Assembly (NCBI GenBank): GCA_045541255.1
Contig: JAZQIU010000045.1
Span: 2,497-66,496, forward strand
Direction of reading: 5' to 3'
Length of the DNA: 64,000 nucleotides
DNA from: Bacilli bacterium
GTDB lineage: Bacteria > Bacillota_I > Bacilli_A > RF39 > UBA660
The position numbers were made by a program, and so were the translations under genes. Position 1 is the first letter of the stretch, and each line of letters opens with the position of its first letter. This document shows, in pieces, positions 55,999-64,000 of this stretch. Under the pieces are notes generated by a model. The model was not told the origin of the DNA and ran no database searches. It saw nothing but the letters and a program-made list of their open reading frames with translations.

Positions 55999-56352
55999 AT
56001 GAATTTATTTAGTTTAGCTGCAGGATTTGATATTGGATCATTTTGTACTCAAATGAAAGATATAGTTCAAATTATAGGATATATTTTATTAGTATTTAAA
56101 ATAGCTATTCCTTTATTAATTATAGCTTTAGGTATATTTGATTTTGGTAAAGCAGTTATAGCAGAAAAAGAAGATGAAATTAAGAAACAAACTAAGAGAT
56201 TAGTTTATAGAGTTATTGCTGGTATAGTAATATTCTTAATTCCAAATCTAGTAATATGGATATTCACTACATTTGTTGATGATTATTCAGCAGATGCAGA
56301 AAACTTTGAAACTTGTAAGAATTGTTTCTTATATCCAAGTAGTAAATGTTAA
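55999..56352 (+). CDS. VirB2/TrbC-like two-TM pilin-like protein, paralogue 2 (monocistronic)
   Basis: 'IPLLIIALGIFDFGKAVIAEKEDEIKKQTKRLVYRVIAGIVIFLIPNLV'. Terminal Cys: 'GSFCTQ' and 'ETCKNCFLYPSSKC'. Confidence 0.55.
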   Translation: MNLFSLAAGFDIGSFCTQMKDIVQIIGYILLVFKIAIPLLIIALGIFDFGKAVIAEKEDEIKKQTKRLVYRVIAGIVIFLIPNLVIWIFTTFVDDYSADAENFETCKNCFLYPSSKC

Positions 56353-56366
56353 TTAAATAATAAAAC

Positions 56367-56392
56367 AAACAACTTTACTGTTGTTTTTTTTT
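56367..56392 (+). terminator. intrinsic terminator after paralogue 2
   Basis: AAACAAC-tttact-GTTGTTT followed by a T-run. Confidence 0.65.
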
Positions 56393-56440
56393 ATGATATA
56401 CTTTATACGTATAATGCTAATTTTAGATTGAGGAATTTTT

Positions 56441-56794
56441 ATGAAAAGTAATAAGAAATTTATATATATATTTATGATTATGTTTTTAGTAATGTTTGGT
56501 TTTAAAACTATTGTTTTTGCAGAAGGGTTAAGTTGTAATAGTTGGGGGACTGTTCTTAAAGATTTACAAAATGTTTTTGATTTTGTAAAAATAATTGTTC
56601 CTTTATTAATAATTGGTTTAAGTACTTATGATTTTATTAAAGCAGTAACTGCTAAAGATGATAAGGGATTAAAAAAAGCTTTTCAAATACTTTTAAAAAG
56701 ATTTGTATATGCAATAATACTTTTCTTTTTACCAGTATTAATAAATCTACTTTTAGAATTAGTAGCTGTAAATAGTAATGTTTGTATAGAATAG
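56441..56794 (+). CDS. VirB2/TrbC-like two-TM pilin-like protein, paralogue 3
   Basis: Signal peptide 'FIYIFMIMFLVMFGFKTIVFA', then 'VPLLIIGLSTYDFIKAVTAKDDKGLKKAFQILLKRFVYAIILFFLPVLI'. Cys in 'GLSCNS' and 'SNVCIE'. Confidence 0.55.
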   Translation: MKSNKKFIYIFMIMFLVMFGFKTIVFAEGLSCNSWGTVLKDLQNVFDFVKIIVPLLIIGLSTYDFIKAVTAKDDKGLKKAFQILLKRFVYAIILFFLPVLINLLLELVAVNSNVCIE

Positions 56795-56804
56795 AGGTGA
56801 CAAA

Positions 56805-59114
56805 ATGAATTTATTTAGTTTAGGTGGTTTTTTTAGTGATATTTGGATGAGCATTTGGCTAAGTTTAAATGATTTTGTTTATTCTATAATAAGTGTTTTA
56901 TATCAAGTGTTTGAAGGTGTGGCAAATGTCAATTTGTTTAGTGAAGAGGTATTTAAAGATATCACTTCAAGAATTTATATAATAATGGGAATAGCAATGC
57001 TATTTATTTTTGCGTATAATTTAATTTTGATGATTATAAATCCAGAAGAAAAAAAGAGTACAGGTCAAACTACTAAGATAGTAAAAGAAACTATTATATC
57101 TTTAGTTTTGGTTATTTTATTACCTACAATTTTTAATTATATGAGTATATTTCAAAAACACATATTAGAATCTCAAATTATATCTCAAATAATATTGGGG
57201 GATTCAGGTGGCACCAATGCTGAAGAATGTGATTTTTCTGAATATACAATTTATAATGAATATAATATAGGTAATGTAGAAGACACTTCTTTCTTAAATT
57301 GGAAATCATGGGCTTCTTTAGGAATATATCAAATATATTTAAGTACTAAAGATTCTACTCCAACTACTATGTTGACTGAATCTTGCGAATATTATAGTGA
57401 AGAATTGACTCCATCTCAAAGGGGTGCATATGCTTTGCCAACAACTATATTTCAAGCTTTTTACCATCCTACTAGAGTAGATTATAATTCTTGTGAGGAG
57501 TGGATTGAAACTTGTAAAGATGATAAAAGTTGTGATGCCGCTGGTATAACAGAAGATGAAGATAAAGAAATGTGTGCATATTATGTATATGATGTAAAAT
57601 TAGCTAAATATATGGGAAATATTGCTCCATTTAATAGCGAATCTAAATTTTATAGTAAAGTTAAGGCTGATGATGGTACATTTGAATTTAATGGATTAAT
57701 GGCATTAGCGGCTGGTGTTTTAGGTTTATATATGTTTGTTTGTTATACAATTGCAATCGGTACACGTGTTGCTAAACTAGGTTTTTTACAATTAATATCA
57801 CCAATCGCTGTTATGATGAGAATTATACCTAAACAGAAAGAGGCTATGTTTGACAAATGGTTGAAACATTTAATAAATACATATTTAGATGTATTTATAA
57901 GATTAATGATTATATATTTCTCTTTATTTGCAATTAGTTTAGTTCCTGATGTAATTGATGCTTTATTTGAAAGTATTGAAGGAAGTTGGTATGTTGCTGC
58001 ATTATCAGCAGTGGTAGTTATATTAGGTATATTAATGTTTGCTCAAAAAGCTCCAGATTTATTTAAAGAATTCTTTGGTAATAGTGGAAACTTTGCTCTT
58101 AAGAGTCCTAGTAAACAACTTGGTGAAAACAAGTATGCTATGGGAGCTTTAGGTGCTATAGGAGGAGCAGCATCTGGAGCTGTTAAAAATTTTGGTAAGG
58201 GAAATGTTTTTGGCGGTTTTGGCTCTGGTTTAGTTCGTGGAGCACGAGCAGGTTATAAGTCTCAAAATTTTAGAGATTTAAAATATAATACTTCTTCTGC
58301 TGTAGATCGTGTATTACAAGCAAGAGATGAAAGAGATATCAGACAAGAATATGATAAGAAGAATGGTTGGGGAGCATATAGAGCTAAAGCTTTGAAAAAT
58401 TCTTTTGAAAGATGGACTTCAGGAGATTCTTTTGCATCTTTAACTGCTAAAAGTAATGATGTTAAAAAAATGCAACAAGCTTATGATAGTATATTAAAGT
58501 TAGTAGAAGGTAAAATAGATGAGTTGCCGGATGCCTTTTCATTTGGAGGTAGAAGCTACGGGTATTATAAAAGAGAGGCTGACAGTGCGGTAGCGGCACA
58601 TGAAAATTTTGATAGTAGTAGATATGCGCAAGAATACAAAAAAACTCATTCAGTTTCTGATAGTGCTGCACAAATTGCGGCTGAAAGAGAAAAAGATAGA
58701 TTAAATCTTGCGGCAGGAGTGGCCCAAGAGAATGCTCGATTAGTTAGAGAAGCTATTGCTGATGCTGTAATTGCAGAAAGAGGCGGTGGACCAAATGGTA
58801 TATCGTCTAAACCAATAAAAATTGAAGGTATGCAAACTGTTTCGTTGGATTCTGAAGGAATTGCAACTATTGAGAAAACTATTAAAGATGGAATGGTTAG
58901 TACTGCTAAAGAAGTTAAGGGTGTTGGAGATAAAATTGAAGAAGCTAATAGTTTATTTGAAAAAAATTCTGTTATGCTTAGTGAGAACGCTAGAAATGAT
59001 ATAGAATCACACCGAGATGAGATTAGAAAAAATAATGGCATTTTAAAAGGAGAACTTGGACATATTAGTTCAGAACTTGCAAAATTATCTGAATTGAAAA
59101 AAAGTGATAAATAG
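56805..59114 (+). CDS. VirB6/TrbL-like polytopic membrane protein with long soluble Gly-rich/coiled C-terminus
   Basis: Multiple TM segments lie in the first ~430 aa. It sits between the pilin-like gene and the VirB3/VirB4-like genes. The C-terminal half is hydrophilic ('GALGAIGGAASGAVKNFGKG...'). Confidence 0.55.
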   Translation: MNLFSLGGFFSDIWMSIWLSLNDFVYSIISVLYQVFEGVANVNLFSEEVFKDITSRIYIIMGIAMLFIFAYNLILMIINPEEKKSTGQTTKIVKETIISLVLVILLPTIFNYMSIFQKHILESQIISQIILGDSGGTNAEECDFSEYTIYNEYNIGNVEDTSFLNWKSWASLGIYQIYLSTKDSTPTTMLTESCEYYSEELTPSQRGAYALPTTIFQAFYHPTRVDYNSCEEWIETCKDDKSCDAAGITEDEDKEMCAYYVYDVKLAKYMGNIAPFNSESKFYSKVKADDGTFEFNGLMALAAGVLGLYMFVCYTIAIGTRVAKLGFLQLISPIAVMMRIIPKQKEAMFDKWLKHLINTYLDVFIRLMIIYFSLFAISLVPDVIDALFESIEGSWYVAALSAVVVILGILMFAQKAPDLFKEFFGNSGNFALKSPSKQLGENKYAMGALGAIGGAASGAVKNFGKGNVFGGFGSGLVRGARAGYKSQNFRDLKYNTSSAVDRVLQARDERDIRQEYDKKNGWGAYRAKALKNSFERWTSGDSFASLTAKSNDVKKMQQAYDSILKLVEGKIDELPDAFSFGGRSYGYYKREADSAVAAHENFDSSRYAQEYKKTHSVSDSAAQIAAEREKDRLNLAAGVAQENARLVREAIADAVIAERGGGPNGISSKPIKIEGMQTVSLDSEGIATIEKTIKDGMVSTAKEVKGVGDKIEEANSLFEKNSVMLSENARNDIESHRDEIRKNNGILKGELGHISSELAKLSELKKSDK

Positions 59115-59125
59115 GAGGAATAAAA

Positions 59126-59440
59126 ATGGGTAATAATGGATATTTGATACCAGCGAATTCGAAGAAGTCTATGTTGATACTTGGCTTCTTTAATCCTACT
59201 GATTTAGTTATATTTGGTACTGGTTGTGTTATAACATTCTTATTGTTATTTATAATGGATACAAGCAATTTAAAGCAAGCTTTTATGATAATAACTCCTG
59301 CTTTAATAAGTGCTTTCTTGGTACTTCCAGTACCAAATCATCATAATATAAGAACTTTTATAGGTAATGTTTATAAATACTTTACTAATAGAAGAAGTTA
59401 TTATTGGAGAGGTTGGTGTATGAATCGTGGCGAAAAATAA
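59126..59440 (+). CDS. PrgI/VirB3-like small membrane protein
   Basis: 104 aa. 'YLIPANSKKSMLILGFFNPTDLVIFGTGCVITFLLLF' plus a second TM. Position is immediately 5' of the VirB4-like genes. Confidence 0.5.
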   Translation: MGNNGYLIPANSKKSMLILGFFNPTDLVIFGTGCVITFLLLFIMDTSNLKQAFMIITPALISAFLVLPVPNHHNIRTFIGNVYKYFTNRRSYYWRGWCMNRGEK

Positions 59441-59987
59441 TAATACTAGCAAATATACAGAAGATTGGGTTCCTATTAAAAATATAAAGAATGGTATGAT
59501 ACAGTTAGATAATGATTATTATGTGACTGGAGTTAGAATAGAACCTAAAAATATATTTATTCTTGATTATCAAGAACAAAATAATATTATATTTAATTTA
59601 AGAAATTTTTATAATGTAATTGATTATGAATTTTGGTTGGTTGTTTGTGATAGACCCGTTGATATAAATATGTATTTAGCACAATTACAATTAATGTATA
59701 ATAATGTTCAAAGTCAACAAATAAGAAAATTAATTAAACAAGATATAGATAAAGGTGAAATGTTTAGAAATACAACTGTAAATGCAGTTGATACTGAATA
59801 TTATATTTTGTTTAGAGATAAGAAAACTGAAGTATTACAAAAGAGAATTCATACTTTAATAAGTAATTTAGCAACAAGTGGTTTAAATTCGAGACAAGTA
59901 AGTGATGAAGATTTAAGAGTAGTAATAGATAGTTTCTTTAATGGGAATATGAGATCAGAGTTTGGGACGGTGATGAGTAGTGTCTAA
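59427..59987 (+). CDS. 186-aa protein resembling a detached N-terminal domain of Gram-positive VirB4 ATPases
   Basis: GTG start overlaps the upstream gene by 14 nt. 'EDWVPIKNIKNGMIQLDNDYYVTGVRIEPKNIFILDYQEQNNIIFNLRNFY' follows the 'PIKxIxxGxIxxxDxxYxxxIxIxPxNfxL' pattern I associate with VirB4/PrgJ/TcpF N-termini. Confidence 0.45.
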   Translation: MAKNNNTSKYTEDWVPIKNIKNGMIQLDNDYYVTGVRIEPKNIFILDYQEQNNIIFNLRNFYNVIDYEFWLVVCDRPVDINMYLAQLQLMYNNVQSQQIRKLIKQDIDKGEMFRNTTVNAVDTEYYILFRDKKTEVLQKRIHTLISNLATSGLNSRQVSDEDLRVVIDSFFNGNMRSEFGTVMSSV

Positions 59988-61782
59988 TACATTTAAGAGT
60001 GAAATAGCTCCAAAGGGAATAGATTTTAAATTAAATGATTTTGTAATAAGTGATAAATATTGTACTATTTTAACAATTATTAATTATCCTAAATTAATAG
60101 GTCCTGGATTTTTAAGTAATGTTACTAATTTACCTGGTGTAAAAGTGGTTGTTAAACATATTCCAATTGAATTTAGTACAATGAGTAAAATGATTAATAA
60201 AGAGATAGCTGATTTAAAAGAAAGATATCAACATGAAAATGATAGAACAATGCAAGAAAGTATTCGTCAAGATTATGAATCTTTAGAAAGTTTTGTTTCT
60301 ATGTTAGCAGCTACTCAATCTAAAATCTTTGATTTTCAAATGCATGTAATGTTATCTGCTGATTCTAAAGAAGAATTAGAAATGAAAAAGATGCAAACTA
60401 GAAATTATTTAGATGCTTTAGGTATGCGTGGTATTCCTATGATGTTTGAACAAGAAAAAGTTCTTAAATCTATGATACCAATATTTCCTAAACAAGATAT
60501 AGAAGAAAGAGTTGGTATTCCTATACCAAGTCCAACTATAGCAGCAATGTATCCATTTGTATTTGATAGTATAAAAGATCCGGGAGGAGAATTTACCGCT
60601 CCAACTTTATTAGGAGTAGATTTCTCAGGTGGTGTTGTATTATTTAATCAATTCTTATATCAAACTAAAAAAGAATTTAATAGAAATAATGCTAATTTAA
60701 TTATTTTGGGTACAAGTGGTAGTGGTAAATCAACAGCTGCAAAATTAATGCTTAGAACTCATATTAGAAATGGGTGTCAATTAATTTGTATTGACCCGGA
60801 AGGTGAGTTAGAAGAAATGGCCAAATCTTTTGGTGGAGACTTTATTGATTTAGGTAAAGGTGGTCAGTTTGGTATTATAAATCCATTAGAAGTAGTTGTT
60901 GATGCTGATGAAGAAGAATTAAAGAACGGTTTAGGATATACTGTATTAACTCGTACTTTACAATCTTTAAAAGCATTCTTGAAATATTATAGTCCTGATA
61001 TAGAAGAAGATGTTCTTGCTATGTTTAGTGAGGTTGTTCAAGATACTTATAAACGTTTTAAAATAGATTTTAATACTGATTTTAGTGGTTTTACTTCTAA
61101 AGATTATCCAACATTTGATGATGTATATAGTACTATTAAAGGTAAACTTTTATCTATGCCTGAAGCAACTCGTGAAAAAGATGTAATGGAAAGATTAGAG
61201 TTAAAGATTCGTCCTTTTGTTAAGGAATTAAGATATTACTTTAATGGTCATACTACTATAAGTCAAGATAGTGACTTTATGGTATTTAATATTCGTGAAT
61301 TAATGAATAGTGATGAAAGTATTAGAAATGCATTATTCTTTAATATATTAAAATATGCTTGGGGATTATGTTTAGATCCTAGTGTTAATACTGTATTAAT
61401 GGTAGATGAAGCCCATGTATTATTAAGTGGTAGAAATGAATTAGGTGCTGAGTTCTTAGCTCAAATGCAAAGACGTAGTAGAAAGTATAATACTGGTACT
61501 ATAATAATTACTCAACAACCTACAGATTTTGCTGCTGATAATGTTATAGTTCATGGTAAAGCAATATTTGACAATGCTTCATATTATTTAGTTATGGGAT
61601 TAAAAAAACAAGCAGTTGAAGATTTATCTAGATTAATAGATTTAAATGATAACGAAAAAGAAAGTATTAAAGGTTATAGTCAAGGAGAAGCATTATTTGT
61701 ATGTGGAAGTAGACGTATGAGAATTAATGTTGTCCTTACTCAAGAAGAATTAGATTCGTTTGGTTCTGGTGGAGGATTTTAA
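59980..61782 (+). CDS. VirB4-like (TraE/PrgJ/ConE class) T4SS ATPase
   Basis: 'IAPKGIDFKLNDFVISDKYCTILTIINYP' entry motif. Walker A 'ILGTSGSGKST', Walker B 'VLMVDEAHVLL', and 'IIITQQPTDF'. It overlaps the upstream ORF by 8 nt in a different frame. Confidence 0.75.
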   Translation: MSNTFKSEIAPKGIDFKLNDFVISDKYCTILTIINYPKLIGPGFLSNVTNLPGVKVVVKHIPIEFSTMSKMINKEIADLKERYQHENDRTMQESIRQDYESLESFVSMLAATQSKIFDFQMHVMLSADSKEELEMKKMQTRNYLDALGMRGIPMMFEQEKVLKSMIPIFPKQDIEERVGIPIPSPTIAAMYPFVFDSIKDPGGEFTAPTLLGVDFSGGVVLFNQFLYQTKKEFNRNNANLIILGTSGSGKSTAAKLMLRTHIRNGCQLICIDPEGELEEMAKSFGGDFIDLGKGGQFGIINPLEVVVDADEEELKNGLGYTVLTRTLQSLKAFLKYYSPDIEEDVLAMFSEVVQDTYKRFKIDFNTDFSGFTSKDYPTFDDVYSTIKGKLLSMPEATREKDVMERLELKIRPFVKELRYYFNGHTTISQDSDFMVFNIRELMNSDESIRNALFFNILKYAWGLCLDPSVNTVLMVDEAHVLLSGRNELGAEFLAQMQRRSRKYNTGTIIITQQPTDFAADNVIVHGKAIFDNASYYLVMGLKKQAVEDLSRLIDLNDNEKESIKGYSQGEALFVCGSRRMRINVVLTQEELDSFGSGGGF

Positions 61783-61797
61783 TAGGTAGGTGATAAT

Positions 61798-63867
61798 ATG
61801 AAAAAAAAGTTATTTAAAAGTTTACTTGTTTTAAGTTTTCTTTTAATAACGTTTTTTTCTATTAAAGTTAGTGTTTATGCAGCAAATTTTGCATATTCTA
61901 ATTTTGATTGGGATAAACTGTTAAAACAAAATCAAAATTTTTGGACTTCTGTTTGTCCTAAAGATGATACAGAATGTGTTGATGAAGTTTTAAAAACTAA
62001 AGAAAAATTTTATACAAGATTATATGAAATATTGGATCAAGTTCAACGAAAATATGGTTATGTAGATGATAATATAATTATTGCTACTGTATTTTATGGT
62101 TTAAATGCAGATTCGTTTGCTGATCCAAATATAAATGATTATAATCCTTATAATTTAGATGAAGATGAGAATACAAAAAATAAATTCATTGGTAGTGATG
62201 ATGGAGATAGAAATACAGCAAAATCTTATTTTGATAAAGAAACAGATAGTTTAAAAAGTTTGATAAATAATTTTATTGGGTATAGTACTATTTGTTATGG
62301 AGAAGCTGATGAATCTCCTCAAACTTATACTGATTCAAATGGAAATGCTTATCAAGCATGTTCAATTTCAACAATAAAAGTTTTAGATGGAAAATGCGTT
62401 GCTGAAATAGATAAATATAAAGGAACCTTTTTTGACTCATTAGGTCTGTCTTTTTTAGGAACAGAAAATGAAAAAAAATGTACAGAAGCCGCTAGTGAAT
62501 TAGGTTATAAAGCTCCTTATTTGAAAACGACTAAAGAAAAAGAAGTTAGTGAAGAATTTTTTTATGATTTTTTAGAAACAAGTGATTATTTTGATAATAA
62601 AAAACATTTAAGAAGTTATTTTGCTGTAGTATTACAACATAGTGGATATGAAACAATGGAAGAATTTTATAAAGCAGCAGAAAATGATCCTGAATTGTTA
62701 GAAAAATATAAAAATGATATTATTGAAGCAAGAAAAAATATTATACAAGGTATTAAGGATGTCCTTAAAATGTATGGTGAATTTTCTAAAGTTTCTGAAT
62801 CATTTAATAATGCTAGTTCTAATCTTTATTGGTGGCCTATAGGAAGTAATGAAACTACTGAATCTGGTGGAACTTTAATGGCTATTGGAGAACCAGCAAA
62901 AACGTCTATCTCTAGTAAATATGGTTATAGAACACATCCTGTAACAGGAGCATTAAATTCTAAACATAATGGAATCGATATTCTTGGAGAACAAGGTGTT
63001 ACTAATGTAATTGCCAGCAAAGATGGAGTAGTTTATAAATCTTCTAAAAGTGATGGTATTGTATGTGAAGATGGTGGAGATAAATCTTGTGGTGGTGGTT
63101 TTGGTAACTATGTAATTATTCAACATGTTGATAATAATTTTACAGTTTACGCACATTTAGCAAAAGACAGTATTACTGTTGAAATGGGAGATAGTGTTAC
63201 AAGAGGTCAAGTTATCGGTAAAGTTGGTAATAGTGGTAGTTCTACAGGAGCACATTTACATTTTGAAGTAAGAGTAGGTGGAAGTGATTCGTCTTCTACA
63301 CAAGATCCTTTAAATTTTGTTTCTGCTGATAATCCAAGGCCTACAGGAGCAGGAAGTCAATTATTAGAATGGATTGGAAGTATGGAAGGTACTGGGCCTG
63401 TTGAAGGCGATTATTATAAGGTTTACCAAAATAAAGGTGATATTCCTACAGTTGGGCATGGTATAACATTAAAATATAATGCTGATGCATTTAGAGCACA
63501 CGGTATAAATCCAGCCACTTTATCTGTTGGAAGTTTAGTACCTAAAGCAATTGTGGATGCTATTTATTTTGAAGATGTAGAAGGTAGATTAAATAATATA
63601 AGAGGTATGTTATCTACTAAAGGTGTTACTTTAAATGAAAATCAAATTGGTGCTTTAGCGAGTTTACAATTTAACTGTGGAAATATAAATGGGTTCTTTG
63701 AAGCTTATGAAAAATATAGTTCTACAGAAGCATTATGTAGTAATTGGTGGGAACAAAAAGCTTTACATGATTCGTCAGGTACTTATTTGCCTGGTTTAAA
63801 GAAAAGAAGAATAGCAGAATGTGATTTATTTGTAAATGGTACTTATAATATGAACGTTTATGGATAA
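61798..63867 (+). CDS. secreted bifunctional cell-wall hydrolase: M23 peptidase + lysozyme-like domain (VirB1 functional analogue)
   Basis: Signal peptide. M23 motifs 'HNGIDI', 'GNYVIIQH', 'GNSGSSTGAHLHFEV'. C-terminal 'MEGTGPVEGDYYKVYQNKGDIPTVGHGITL' resembles the phage-type lysozyme catalytic region. Confidence 0.75.
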   Translation: MKKKLFKSLLVLSFLLITFFSIKVSVYAANFAYSNFDWDKLLKQNQNFWTSVCPKDDTECVDEVLKTKEKFYTRLYEILDQVQRKYGYVDDNIIIATVFYGLNADSFADPNINDYNPYNLDEDENTKNKFIGSDDGDRNTAKSYFDKETDSLKSLINNFIGYSTICYGEADESPQTYTDSNGNAYQACSISTIKVLDGKCVAEIDKYKGTFFDSLGLSFLGTENEKKCTEAASELGYKAPYLKTTKEKEVSEEFFYDFLETSDYFDNKKHLRSYFAVVLQHSGYETMEEFYKAAENDPELLEKYKNDIIEARKNIIQGIKDVLKMYGEFSKVSESFNNASSNLYWWPIGSNETTESGGTLMAIGEPAKTSISSKYGYRTHPVTGALNSKHNGIDILGEQGVTNVIASKDGVVYKSSKSDGIVCEDGGDKSCGGGFGNYVIIQHVDNNFTVYAHLAKDSITVEMGDSVTRGQVIGKVGNSGSSTGAHLHFEVRVGGSDSSSTQDPLNFVSADNPRPTGAGSQLLEWIGSMEGTGPVEGDYYKVYQNKGDIPTVGHGITLKYNADAFRAHGINPATLSVGSLVPKAIVDAIYFEDVEGRLNNIRGMLSTKGVTLNENQIGALASLQFNCGNINGFFEAYEKYSSTEALCSNWWEQKALHDSSGTYLPGLKKRRIAECDLFVNGTYNMNVYG

Positions 63868-63880
63868 TGGGGTTGATAAA

Positions 63881-64000
63881 ATGGAAAAAAAGAAAGATTA
63901 TACTTTATTAATAATCATTTGTGTTATTTTATTGTGTATAGTTGTATTATTATTTTTAAATAATGATTCTAGTGATAGTAATATTTTGAGTGAAGAACCT
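63881..64000 (+). CDS. membrane-anchored protein, 3' end beyond window
   Basis: MEKKKDYTLLIIICVILLCIVVLLFLNNDSSDSN... is a single N-terminal TM. Its position after the hydrolase is where VirB8-like/TcpC-like proteins occur in Gram-positive T4SS loci. Confidence 0.4.
   Translation, partial: MEKKKDYTLLIIICVILLCIVVLLFLNNDSSDSNILSEEP

Noticed and set aside
58462-59041. Overlapping ORFs 58462..58671 (-), 58646..59041 (-) and 58822..59004 (+)
   Set aside because: All lie inside the C-terminal half of the 769-aa VirB6-like gene, which is continuous and translationally coupled to its neighbours. They are shadow frames.
48699-64000. Prophage interpretation of the 48.7-64 kb cluster (lysozyme + M23 hydrolase, large repeat proteins)
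   Set aside because: No terminase, portal, capsid, tail tape-measure or holin-like genes are visible. The VirB4-like, VirB6-like and VirB3-like genes point to a T4SS-type apparatus instead.

Overview
AT-rich Bacillota-type chromosomal segment, by eye well under 35% GC. It uses the standard bacterial code: TGA is used as a stop (e.g. at 52480-52482) and Trp is TGG. Roughly 1-48.7 kb is mostly housekeeping: trmB, tdk, tmk, rpsO, pnp, a NifS-like desulfurase, ogg, recX, prsA, rpmB, dnaE, rpsD, rimP-nusA-ylxR-infB, rbfA-truB, thiI, ackA, nrnA-like, polA, an RNase J family gene, and tRNA-Arg(ACG) and tRNA-Pro(TGG). Interleaved with these are envelope and surface genes: two orphan prepilin-type proteins, an SH3b-glucosaminidase carrying a dockerin-like module, and cadherin-like-repeat proteins. 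Two things stand out. (1) From about 48.7 kb to the window end, directly after the RNase J gene, lies a multi-operon Gram-positive type IV secretion (conjugation-type)-like cluster. It contains giant cadherin-like surface proteins, a sortase-signal protein, three paralogous Cys-capped 2-TM VirB2/TrbC-like proteins and a Flp-like/TadE-like/degenerate ParA(TadZ)-like trio. It also contains a VirB6-like polytopic protein, a PrgI/VirB3-like protein, a VirB4-like ATPase that may be split in two, and an M23 + lysozyme hydrolase. No relaxase, coupling protein or integrase is visible in the window. (2) Five intergenic loci in three sequence families (12.9/28.3 kb inverted pair, 37.2/46.2 kb direct pair, 39.6 kb singleton) share one architecture. 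Each has a tiny hydrophobic ORF, long-range 5'/3' complementarity, and a convergent antisense unit ending in an intrinsic terminator at or near the ORF stop (inside the ORF at 39.6 kb). This is the layout of type I toxin-antitoxin modules, but none resembles a family I recognise. All calls come from reading the ORF translations and the DNA by eye; no database search was possible.
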